NCBI GenBank assembly: GCA_030390025.1
Contig: CM059432.1
Location: 48,858,001 to 48,922,000 of the forward strand
Direction of reading: 5' to 3'
DNA length: 64,000 nt
Origin: Squalus acanthias
Taxonomy: Eukaryota
Below, piece after piece: positions 1 through 11,853 of the stretch (within the stretch, counting starts at the first letter, position 1; the number at the start of each line of letters is the position of its first letter). Below the pieces are notes generated by a model, which saw only the letters and a program-made list of their open reading frames with translations, was not told where the DNA came from and did no database searches. The position numbers were made by a program, and so were the translations under genes.

Positions 1-792
1 GCGCAGAGTTGGGCTAGTTGCCCACCAACTGCCCAGCAATTACATATGAAAATTTTACGGCTGATGCAAACAGACTCAGGGCCTGTTTTCATCAGCGTAA
101 GGGGATACCTCAAAAGATCCAAAGCATCGTTCGGCATGTTTTAGCTCGCAGAAAAGTGAAATTGGAACATTACAACAGATCGAAGCACCTGAGCTCCATT
201 TGAATAATTTAGCCCTGAGCTTCGTAGAATTGCGAAGAGGTTTTTTTGTTACTGTCTACACATTTAATCTCTGTATTATTGAAATCCTGATATTGAAGCT
301 TGGTGCTGTCATTTCGCCAGTTGTTTTGTGTGGGACAACCTGAGTGCCACTGTTCAGTTCTCTGTACCTCATATGGTTGTGACTGATTGAATTCAACCGA
401 TACTAAATCCCAAATTAAGAATGAAACGTTAAACCTATATATTTAAATCTTATTTCCTGACATTAAAGCTTTTAATGCAACATTCGGCATGTCAGGTGCC
501 AGTCTGCACCCTCCTTTCTTCTATAAGCCTGACGCAATGGTTCCCACATAGCTGTCAACACTGTAAGAAGAAACTCGGCGCTTCCACTGATTGGAGCACT
601 AGGCCCATGTGATCCCAGGTACGCTTCCGCATACGCTGCACCACTGGGATCTGTGGGCCATTACGCTGCCGTCGAGTACGCAGCGTCAAACAGCAAGTTC
701 GTGAAGGAGGGTCCCCATCAGGTAAGTTCACAGTCTATTAGGATGCTGGCGGCGTACTCCGTAGGTACGCCACCAACCGGAAAATCTGCTCC
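1..792. mobile_element. PIF/Harbinger-type MITE, left end outside window
   Basis: Shares internal blocks with 5499-6241 (gcgcagagttgggcta..., gatcccagg...ctgggat hairpin, ggcgtactc...gtacgcc); ends in ggaaaatctgctcc followed by ATT. Confidence 0.65.
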
Positions 793-1559
793 ATTAAGTA
801 GGTTTTTTTAAGGGAACTTCTACTGAATTGTCCATTAAATATCTCATCATGATACAAGTGCAGTGCCATTGACCTCTCTATTCCACTCTCTCCTAGATAG
901 TTCTTCAGAGGACAGATTGGCCCGACCACCTTATATTTTTTTGCTTGTCAATAATATACAGTGCTTGGTGGTTCATTATAGATTACCAAAGATTATAAAG
1001 TGTGAATTAGATTCATAGATAATCAAACCCTATAAGACAGCTTTGTACTCTGTAATTAATTATTTTGTGTTTTTAATTTTTTTAATTTTTTAACTTCCAA
1101 AATAAAGTGGCAAAAACATAGGAACCAATCAACTGTACTGAGTACATTTTTTAAAACAGCACATTATGCTGTTCAGTTACCATGGGCAACACTAGCTACC
1201 ATCTACACTGTAACACTGCTATAGAAGCAGTAAATATGTTCACAAGAAGATTATACGGTAGTAATAAATTTCCCTGAGCATTAGAATGTCTCCTCTCTGT
1301 TGCCACATTTCCATAACAAAGAGGCCAGGTAATATGCTCACAGGCTGCTTACCCTACTGCTCTTATACACCTTCCCCTTTGAGTAACTGCTTTGTCTCCA
1401 CTTGCCACTTCCTCTTGATAGCCTGTCTGGGGATGTGAATGTTCAATAGTAGGAAATCTGGTGCATGAGAAGGAAGCAATGATGGAATAAAATAGAAATA
1501 GGCACGTTAATGCATGCAGTTCTTGGCAATGCATTATAGGAACACTATTGCAATCATGG

Positions 1560-1846
1560 AAAGGGTACAGTGAAGATTCACTGGAATGACAGAAGGAATG
1601 AATGAGAGATTATAGTTATGAAGAAAGGCTCAAAAAATTGGAGCTTTTCATTGGAACAGCAGAGTAGGTGAAGAGGAAATGTAATAGAGGTTTGAAATTT
1701 ATGAAAGGTTTTGAGAGAGGGCAGTAGAAGAAGGCATAAACCCAGGATTATCACAAGAAGAATGAAAGGGAAAGTTAGAAAAAAAATCTTTTCACACAGG
1801 TTATTAGAACATGGAAAGCTTCACCACAAGTGGCAATTGAGACAAC
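1560..1846 (+). mobile_element. Degraded CR1 LINE 3' fragment
   Basis: Degenerate RFT..L..YEERL..L.LFSLE..R and FFTQRVIRTW coding motifs; cut by the MITE at 1847. Confidence 0.6.
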
Positions 1847-2595
1847 GGGTTAGATTTTAACTTGGGCTTCTCAGTATAAATGGGGCGGTAGCAGCTCAAA
1901 CACAGCTGACTGCACCATTTACACTAGTGCTCTGGAGGCTGCCACCCTGCTGCTGGCCGACTCGAAGCACCTACCTGTTTTAGGCAGTGAACTTTTTAAT
2001 ATTTGAGTTGATTTCCGCCCGGCCGAAGCAGCAGGAGGTCACAGCAATTTTAACCGCTGGGTCTCATTTAATTGTTTCCAGTTCACTTTCCGACGGGAAC
2101 CGAAGAAATGGCAGGAAGGGGGCGTAGAGTGGCCGTTGGCAGGTGAAAATCAGGTGGCCTACCGGATTCCAGGTACATGGCGGAGAGGGTGTGTCGTGGG
2201 GATCTTATGGGTGGGAGGAGAGGGAATATGGGGCAAGGAAGCCTGTGACTTTTCTTGTGGGAACTGAAGGAGTGAAAGTTTTAGACTTACTAGAAGGGCC
2301 TCTTCTGTCTTTGGACCAGCTCGAAACCTGCTTCTGCCAAGCGGGAAGGCCGCAGTGGCTTCCGAGCTCAGGCCCCGGTTAAAATTGCATCGGGGTCCTA
2401 GTGACGTAACAGAACCTTGATTTGCATAAATTTATGAGGCTCCCGTCTGCTTTAGGCAGGCGTCTCATCTGCCTGCAGAACCCTGCAGGTTAATATTAGA
2501 AATGCTTGCATTTGAGTGGATCAGTAACCTACTCGTTATTAACTGTCCACCCGCCTGGGTTGGATCCGCCATGTAGGTAGGGTTCAAATCAACCC
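1847..2595. mobile_element. PIF/Harbinger-type MITE
   Basis: GC-rich island with imperfect TIRs GGGTTAGATTTT / AAATCAACCC. Confidence 0.55.
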
Positions 2596-2859
2596 TAGAA
2601 AGTTTTACAAGACAACAAAACTGAACATGCCAGAAAGGTTAAATCTGGTTGGGAGACTGGGCCAAAAAGGGAAAGACCTCACATAATATAGAAAAATGCA
2701 AAAATATGGCACTGGGAAAGGAAAATAAACATTGAGAGTAATAAATAAATGGGAACAGTCTATAGGAAACAACACAAGAGAATGATTGGGGGTTTTAGTG
2801 AGAATACTTTTAAACCATCAGCATTTCACAATCTATTCACCCTCTGCATAAAGATTTTT

Positions 2860-3080
2860 TTTCCTAAATTCCCTACCCGTTCAATTCTTTTTGTGATTAT
2901 CTTAAATTTGTGTGTTCTTGCTACTATTTTGCCAACCAGCGAAAACAGTGAATCATTATTAACTTTACCATAAATCCTCATGAGCTTGAAGGCTTTTATC
3001 AGGTCACCCCTTAACCTTCTTCACTCTGGTAAAAAAAAATTCAAGTCTCTCTTCATAACTGTAACCGCTCATCCCTGGTC
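2860..3080 (-). mobile_element. Degraded CR1 3' fragment
   Basis: Reverse complement of RRLRGDLI (atcaggtcaccccttaaccttct) and neighbouring motifs. Confidence 0.5.
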
Positions 3081-3364
3081 AGAATTAATGGTCAGAAAAC
3101 TGTAGGCAGCATGGGCCCAAATTTGCAATACACACTGCTGGTGGGCAAAATTCCTCACTGGCAGAACAAAGTCTGAAAATTACCCTTCAATGTAATGCTT
3201 TGTGTAGAAATGAGACAATTGTTGTTGTTTGTTAAAATGTACTGATTAGATAACTCACTAAGCTTAAAATCAGTGAAATGCACAGCACAAATGGAGCTTT
3301 CTGTTATCTATGGTCCTGATCACCAAAAAAAAATGAATGCAAGGGCACAGTTGAGGCATAATTA

Positions 3365-3790
3365 TATTGCAGAGATCTGAAGAACCCGCTTTGGGTGCAA
3401 ATCGGGGAAATGGGTGCAATTTGAAAAGTGTTTTTTTTCCCCTCGAGTCTTCGCTCAAACTCATTTGCCTAACGTTGAATGCAAAATCTGCCATGAATCA
3501 GCACATTTTAAAATGTAACTTTTTTAAAAAAAATTGCTTTGAAAAATTTTCCGTGATATATTGGTAACTTGCTGTAATTTGATTAATACAGCTGAAAATG
3601 GATTTATCACAAAAAAATAAGCATTTTTAAATTAATGTCAATCCACCACCTGTGAGTAACCCAATTTTAAAGGACTGAAAATGACTTTTAAAAAATGTTA
3701 CGAGTATACCTTTGACATGCAAAAAAAATACAATTTAGTACTTCATATTCATCCTCCAGGCATCAATAATGCAGTTTGCAGAATTCTTTT
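3365..3790. mobile_element. MITE fragment, same family as 30384-31040
   Basis: Shares gattaatacagctgaaaatgg.tttatcacaaaaaaataagcattttt and tgtgagtaacc...gactgaaaatga with 30530-30630. Confidence 0.55.
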
Positions 3791-5498
3791 GAAAAATATC
3801 AATATTCTTCACCTCACCGCTTTAAGCGCTTCACCTTTTCCATCATGGTTCATACCATGAGGAAATTACAATCCTTGGTGCCTTTCAAACTTTATTGTTC
3901 GGTAATCTTCTTAGTTTTGCAGAAAGATCTGATGCAATACTGATAAACTCGGCCTTCAGCATTGCTGCCGCACTTACATTACTTCTTCTGCTCTTACTGA
4001 CTCTTCCAGTGGTATCATAGTTTGAATCTCTACTATGCTTTTCATATTAACATTAAAAGTATGGAACTAGAAAAGGTCAGTTGGTTCATCAAGCTATTCC
4101 TGCACAGAGCATGATCAATTTGCCCTACTGTGAACTCTACCCAACCCACACAAACTCCTTCAGGTGGCAATCAACTGCAGGCGATTCTTGCAGAAGATAA
4201 AGTTCGCTGAAATTTCTCTGTGACTCCCAAAGGTAATTCAGTGAATCTCTAGCGATTTTTATTCAATCTTACAACCCACACTACTCAATTCTGACCTGCT
4301 GCCTTCCACAGAGATGACTGATCCTTCAGTTACATTTATGCAATGTTTTAGTGGAATAGTTAATAGGAAGAGAGGAGTTGCATGATTTTGCCCATGCAGT
4401 TTAACTTGTAGGTTCAGAATTCAAAACCCTTGAATGCTGGATTCTGATGCGGGACCCATTGCTGTCAGAATTTGAAGGTTCCTGTTGGTTTGGAGATTGA
4501 TTGTAGCAATCACTGGATCCAAGATAGTGTAGTTATTCAATTTTCCAGTAATGTAAATCCTCATGCTAAAATGCATTATGGATGTTTAACATGGCTAAAA
4601 ATGGCAACAGATTGCTAGCTGTACAAGAGAAACAACCAGGTCTTATAGGAGCCTCAATTTAAAAAAAAATTGCATGCAATTATCTGTAAATAATTGTCTG
4701 AAGCATTAATTTGTAGTTTTTGGTCAAGTGAATACATTTATGTTCAATGTGACCCTTATACATTTACCTTTCTCAATCTATCAAAACCTTTGCTGTTACA
4801 TAAGAAAATGTTCCCCGTCAAAGAAATAAAAACTTGACAATATTAGGATCTCGTCCATCAAGGTCCTAAATTGACCTTCTTGGATGAATCAGTATTTTCT
4901 CCATTTTCATAGAACCATTTCAAACAATAAAATGGCATGCTCCACACCCAAATTCACAAAGTTTTCAGCATTTAAGTGCCTTAGTAGCTGTTTAAGCAAT
5001 GTACCATGATTGTCTTATTTTGTTCCTTCTCAGTATGTGCATATTTAAGTGATTGTTAGTGGGTCAAAAATAACAATGAAACATGGATTATTCTCCCATT
5101 TCTTTCTAGCGAGAGATAAACACAGCCCTAGGTCTTCCATCCAGATAAGTATGAAAGGATGCAAATATCAGCATTATTTAAAACCTTGCTCTGCTTTTGT
5201 CTGAGAATTGTGTGGAATCCCATGATAATATTGACTACAAATTTTAGAATCCAATTTAATGACACCGGGGACTATACAGAACACAAAGGGGTGAAATTGG
5301 TCTTCAGTGATGGCGCAAAATGGGCAATAGCACAAAACAGGCACTAGCAAATCAACACCCCTTTCTATACTTTGTCCGATCACCGGAGTTCAATTTGACC
5401 TCCAAAGAATATTATGCAGAGAGGCTGTTTTGATAATCCAACACATTGGTATTTTTCTAAAGAATCTCAAATCTACCAGTATAAATGAGAATAAGGTT

Positions 5499-6241
5499 GG
5501 CCCTGAAATTGCAGTTTCCTGATGGCGTACTCGGAGAGTACGCCATCGTAATCCATTTGAAAGGCTCCGAAATTTCTGGGTTTCCGCATGCCCGAAATCC
5601 GGAACTTGCGATCTGTCAAGGTACGCCTTGACAGATCATCCGAACTGCCTGAAAAATGAGTATTGCTGGCGCAGAGTTGGGCTATTTGCCCAACAACTGC
5701 CCAGCAATTGCCCATGCAACTCTTACAGCTGGTAAAAGTAGGTATAGGGCCTGCTTGCATCAGCGTAAGGGTATATATAAGGCTTAAATAAAACATTTAA
5801 AAATCCAAGATTATGCACATACACTTTAATTGAGTTTATGCAAATATTGGCCCGGATTAAGATGTATAAAATTATTTATCAATGAGGTTGGTGCGATGAA
5901 GGAACTTATGAATAAATTTGCAATTCAGTACATTGTTTAATTATTAAAATTCTGTACATTGTATGATTATTTGGGGATTCCATTGCATATCATTAGGGGA
6001 TTCCCTTCGTAAGTGATTGCAATGGAATTCTCCTTTGTCATTGGAGGACCAGGCGCATGTGATCCCAGGGACGCTTCCGAACCACCTGCATCCCTGGGAT
6101 TCGTGGGCCTTTACGTTGCCATCTGCCTGGAGGCCCGAGACCGCAACTCTTCACAGCCTGGGCACCAGGAGGTACTTTCAGAATTGTTTCACGGGTCGGA
6201 GGCGTACTCCTGGGTACGCCTCTGACCGCAATTTCTAGGCC
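5499..6241. mobile_element. PIF/Harbinger-type MITE
   Basis: TIRs GGCCCTGAAATTGC / GCAATTTCTAGGCC, flanks GTT/ATT, subterminal palindromes ggcgtactc...gtacgcc at both ends. Confidence 0.75.
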
Positions 6242-7319
6242 ATTGTGCGCACTGACACAGACATTAAAAAAAAAGACTTGCCTTTATATAAGCGCCTTTC
6301 ACAACCCCTAGCACATCTACTTAGCAATGAAAGGGGGAATCAGCTCCATAGGCGTTGATTCAGCACGGAGGCAGTTTCGATTTGTGTCATTTGCTGCAAG
6401 GATACGTGCAGCCAACCTGACCAATAGTTCAGCTTCTCCTACAACTTTATTGCCTCCGCCTCCTTCCCAGGAATCATCGACAGTATCAATCGACATGTTG
6501 CCCATAGATGTATCAATGAGGTGACTGATGGCTAAGTCAGCATGCCACTGAATAGAACAGCAATGTGATATGACTGCCCATTGCCACCACACTGCTGCAT
6601 TTTGGCCTCACGAGCATCAGTCGCAGTCGTGTTTTGAAGGAAAGTCCTCACGACTGCCTGACTTCTTCCAGTCACTGTGTCGCACCCAGATTTATTTTTT
6701 TCCCCCCAATTGTCCCATCAGGTCCACTTCTTTGGCTTCAGGTCGACACTCCAGCTCTCTATTTTGTACCATCTGGTATGTTTCTTCCAGCCGGCTCCAG
6801 CTCAGAGTTTATGCTCCAATGACAGCATCAGTACCTCAGCTGTCAGACCCACTAGCTCCAACCTTGGTCTTCTGTTCAAGATTGATGGTGTCATCAACCC
6901 CGCCAGGTGTGTGTAAATTTATAAAATTGCCTTCTTCACCCCCCCACCCCCACTTCTTTCAGCCCCGTTGCAGCTCTCATTAAGTTTTCGAATGGTCCTG
7001 TTGGCTCCAATTCCTCCACAAGGCCATCTTGGATACTCATACACAAGACCAGGATTTTGCTGGGATGACAGTGAAATTTTCAGGGCCATAGAGTTCACCA
7101 TGTATTAATCAGTCAGTGGCATATGTATTGACTTAAAACGTGTGTGTCTGGAACCACTCCAAAATCAGAAAACAGAAATCAAGTCCATTGTGCCTCACTA
7201 CTAGAATGACAGGTATCCTATTCCCAGGAAAGGCCTATTGCAGTATTTTATGTGCCACTATGAAAGGTTTGGACTAATTGGATCCAAGTACGCTTTACTG
7301 CTGTGTATACAATTTAAGC

Positions 7320-10215
7320 ATAAGGGGGAGTGGGAGGATTCAGGAAAGAGTAAATTTAAAAGCAGCGAGAGAAATGTCAAGGCTCGAGAGCAGAGTAGAG
7401 TTTTGGGTAAAAATAAGCAAGAGTGAGTCAGGAAGGGACAGAGAGAGTAACAAAGGTAATAAGGAGAGTAACAAAGATAATAAGGCACCAGTGACTAAGG
7501 TGCCATCAGAAAAATAGAAATAAGTCAAAGCTAAAGGCACTATATCTGAATGCGCGAAGCATTCGCGACAAAATAGATGAATTAATAGCGCAGATAGAAA
7601 TTAACAGGTTTGATCTAATAGCCATAACGGAGACGTGGTTGCAAAGTGGTCAAGGTTGGGAACTAAATATTCCAGGATACTTAACTTTTAGAAGAGATAG
7701 GCAAAATGACATCAGGGAAAAATAGAAAAAAGTTAGAACGAAAGGCACTAGATTTGAATGCACAAAGCATTTGCAACAAAATAGATGAATTAATAGCACA
7801 GATAGAAATAAATGGGTTTGATCTTATAGCCATTATGGAAACGTGGTTGCAGAGTGACCAAGGTTGAGAACTAAATATTCCAGGATACTTGACTTTCAGT
7901 GAGATAGGAAAAATTCAAAAGGAGGAGGGGTAGCCCTGATAATAAAGGATGGGATAAAGACAGTAGAGAGAAAGCCTCTTAGCTCTGAAAATCAAGAAGT
8001 AGAATCAGTTTCGGAGGAGCTAAGAAACAGCAAGGGGCAGAAAACATTGGTGGGAGTTGTTTGTGGGTCCCCAAACAGTAGGTGTAATGTAGGTCAGAGT
8101 ATAAATCAGAAAATTAGAGGCGCATGTAACAAGGGTAATACAATAATCATGGGGGACTTTAACCTACATTTAGACTGGGCAAACCAAATTTGCAGTAATA
8201 GTGTGGAGGACGAATTCATGGAATGTATGCAAGATAGTTTTCTAGATCAGTATGTTGAGGAACCAACTAAGGAACAGGCTATTTTAGATCTAGTATTGTG
8301 CAATGAGAAAGGGTTAATTAACAACCTTGTAGTAAAGGGGCCTTTAGCGAAGAGTGACCATAATATGTTAGAATTTATATTGAATTTGAAAGTGATTTAG
8401 TTAAATCCGAAACTAGGGTCTAAAATCTAAACAAAGCAAACTACGTAGGTATGAGGGGCGAGTTGGCTAAGGTAGATTGGGAAACTACATTAAAAGGTAT
8501 GATGGTAGACAAGCAATGGCTAGCATTTAAAGAATTAATACATAATTTACAACAAATATACATTCCTTTAAGGCACTAAAACCCCACAGGAAAAGTGGTC
8601 CAACCGTGGCTAACAAGAGAAGTTAAAGACAGTATTAGATCAAAGGAAGAGGCTTATAATGTTGCCAAAAAGAGTAGTAAGCCTGAGGATTGGGAAGATT
8701 TTAGAATTCAGCCAAGGAGGACCAAGAAATTGATAATGAAAGGGAAAATAGAATATGAGAGTAAACTAGCGAGAGACATAAAACACACTGTAAAAGCTTC
8801 TATAGGTATGTAAAAAGGAAAAATTAACGAAAATAAATGTGGATCCCTTACAGGTTGAGACAGGAGAAATTATAATGGGGAATAAGGAAATGACAGAGAA
8901 ATTAAACAAATACTTTGTGTCTGTCTTCAGGAAGAAGATGCGAAAAACTTCCCGGAAATAATGGAGAACCAAAGGTCTAACGAGAATAAGGAACTGAAAG
9001 AAATTAGTATTAGTAAAAAAATAGTACTGGAGAAATTAATGGGACTGAAAGCTGATAAATCCCCTGGACTTGATGGCCTACATCCTAGGGTTTTGAAAGA
9101 GGTGGCTATAGAGATAGTGGATGCATTGGTTGTCATTTTCCAAAATTCCATAGATTCTAGAATGGTTCCCGCGGATTGGAAGGTAGTAAATGTAGCCCCA
9201 CTATCTAAGAAAGGAGGGAGAGAGAAAATGGGGAACTACAGACCAGTTAGCCTGACATCAGTACTAGGGAAAATGCTAGAATCTATTATTAAGCACATGG
9301 TAACAGGGCACTTAGAAAATAATAATAGGATTGGGCAGAGTCAACACGGATTTATGAAAGGGAAATTGTGTTTGACAAATCTGTTATAGAGTTTTTTGAG
9401 GTTGTAACTAGCAGAATAGATAAGGGGAACCAGTGGATGTGGTGTATTTGGATTTTCAGAAGGCATTTGATAAGGTGCCACATAAGAGGTTATTAAACAA
9501 AATTAGGGCTCATGAGATTGGGGGTAATATACTAGCATGGTTTGAGGATTGGCTAACGGACAGAAAACAGAGAGTAGGAATAAACGGGTCATTTTCGGGT
9601 TGGCAGGCTGTAACTCCTGGGCTACCACAAGGATCAGTGCTTGGGCCTCAGCTATTCACAATCTATATCAATGATTTGGATGAGGGGACCAAATGTAATA
9701 TATCTAAGTTTGCTGATGATACAAAGCTGGGTGGGAATGTAAGTTGTGAGGAGGATACAAGCAGATTTCAAGGGGATATAGACAGGCAAGAACATGGCGA
9801 ATGGAATATAATGTAGAGAAATGTGAAGTTATCCACTTTGGTAGGAAAAATAGAAAAGCAGAGTATTTTTTAAATGGAGAGACATTGGGAAATGTTGGTG
9901 TTCAGGAGGGACCTGGGTTTCCTTGTACACGAATCACTGAAAGTTAACATGCAGCTACAGCAAGCAATTAGGAAAGCAAATGGTATGTTGGCCTTTATTA
10001 CAAGAGGATTTGAGTTTAAGAGTAAAGACGTCTTACTGCAATTATATATGGCCCTGATGAAACCACACTTTTTTGAATATTAAGGGAATCAAGGGATATG
10101 GGGATAGTGCAGGAAAGTGGAGTTGAGGTAGACGATCAGCCATGATCTTATTGATTGGCGGAGCAGGTTCGAAGGGCCAAATGGCCTACTCCTGCTCCTA
10201 TTTCTTATCTTCTTA
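7320..10215 (+). mobile_element. CR1/HER1 LINE, 5'-truncated, disrupted ORF2 (APE endonuclease + RT) with internal 3' deletion
   Basis: EN motifs LYLNARS, IMGDFN, SDHN; RT motifs [37 protein letters not shown]1-type tail ...cctgctcctattttcttat; stops and frameshifts. Confidence 0.95.
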
Positions 10216-10475
10216 TATTTACAAATTAAGGATAACAAAAGAAAGTAGGAAATGCAGGAGGAATTTTTGTACTAAAAGGGTGCTAAGTATGTGGAACAGA
10301 TTACCGGCATGGCTGATGGAACAAGAAACCGTAATGGGTTTCAAGAAGGATCTAGACACGTTCTTGTTAACAAATGGGATTCAGGGTTATTATAAATGCA
10401 TCAAGGGAATACTGTGGATAGATAGGCTAGATGGAGCAACGGTCTTCTCCTGTCTCAAACTGTTACTACATTGCT
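10216..10475 (+). mobile_element. Older CR1 3' fragment
   Basis: RRNFCTKRVLSMWNRLP...FKKDLD..L motif typical of the CR1 ORF2 C-terminus. Confidence 0.65.
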
Positions 10476-10671
10476 GTGTTACCTAAAGCCATGGAGCACT
10501 AACACCCGAAGAGGCAGAAAGGAGCCAGCTATACCCTTGGATTGGCTTCACTTCCATCTGCTGGCTTCCATGATTGATGCTCCATTCCTCTCCCACTGGA
10601 CATTTCAGGTTCTCATCCGCTCTATCATTAAACACATGAGGCTTCTCAAAAAGATGCCTAGATTAAATATG

Positions 10672-11724
10672 ATGCGGAAATATGATGTTCCGACGGGTCA
10701 CAGCGAAAAACTGCATAGACCTCCTCAGAAGGCGAACACGGGACACAACCAACAGAGTACCCTACGTCGTCCAGTACTTCCCCGGAGTGGAGAAACTACG
10801 CCATGTTCTTCGCAGCCTTCAACATGTCATCGATGACGACGAACACCTTGCTAAGGCCATCCCCACGCCTCCACTACTCGCCTTCAAGCAGCCGCCTAAC
10901 CTCAAAAGTACCATCGTTCGCAGCAAATTACCTAGCTGTCAGGAGAACAGCGACCACGACACCACACAACCCTGCCACGGCAACCTCTGCAAGACATGCC
11001 AGATCATGAACACAGATACCGTCATCACACGTGAGGACACTACCCACCAGGTACATGGTACATACTCATGTGACTCGGCCAACGTCGTCTACCTGATACG
11101 TTGCAGGAAAGGATGCCCCAGAGCATGGTACATCGGCGAGACCATGCAGACACTGAGACAACGTATGAACGGACACCGCGCAACAATCGTCAGGCAGGAT
11201 TGTTACCTCCCAGTCGGGGAACACTTCAGCAGTCAAGGACATTCAGCCTCGGATCTGCGGGTTAGCGTTCTCCAAGGCGGCCTTTGAGACACACGGCAAC
11301 GCAAAATCATCGAGCAGAAACTGATAGCCAAGTTCCGCACCCATGAGGACGGCCTCAATAGGGATCTCGGGTTCATGTCACGCTACAGAACGTGACTCGA
11401 CATCGTTGTCTGTCTTTCCAGTTTTAAAAAAAAACACAAAAAAAACAAACCCCCCAAAAAAAGAAAGCTCAACTGCAGACAGCAGGATTTGACACGTTGG
11501 ACCCCCTGTGACACATCTCATTGTCTTGGCTGTGCTCTGGTGTGTCTTTGATGTAAGGACACCTTCCCTGAAAGATTGTATCTCTGCAGTTTCTGTGTTT
11601 ATATATTGTGTAATATTGTAGATTCACTCATTGTACCTTTACCTGACGAAGGGGCGACAGCTCCGAAAGCTTGTAATTTTAAATAAATCTGTTGGACTAT
11701 AACCTGGTGTTGTGCGACTTCTCA
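10672..11724 (+). mobile_element. Penelope-like retroelement, 5'-truncated: GIY-YIG endonuclease region plus pseudo-LTR
   Basis: PPLLAFKQPPNL, CHGNLCKTC, NVVYLIRC...WYIGET...RMNGH; premature TGA at 11285-11287, frame continues to GLNRDLGF (stop 11393-11395); 13-bp TSD tagattaaatatg (10659-10671) / tagattcaatatg (11725-11737). Confidence 0.92.
11639..11676 (+). ncRNA. Minimal hammerhead ribozyme in Penelope pseudo-LTR
   Basis: Stem I uuac/guaa; core CUGACGA plus extra A; stem II GGGG/CUCC; GAA; palindromic stem III AGCU; predicted cleavage after CUU (11672). Confidence 0.75.
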
Positions 11725-11853
11725 TAGATTCAATATGTGTGCATTAAATAGAAGGTGAAAGAAATTATTGGTCCACTTAAAAATTATAGCGGGAAGTGAA
11801 AACTCGAGGACAAAGTAACAGCTGAGTTGTTAAATAGTTCCTTCAAAAACATT

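Noticed and set aside
1349..1460. Minus-strand exon-like segment with AG and GTAAGC
   Set aside because: Peptide does not match the expected next RALYL exons (GY.FDYDYYR...); unsupported.
6300..7000. GC-richer block with several short ORFs
   Set aside because: Probably a decayed transposon interior; no family or motif could be assigned.
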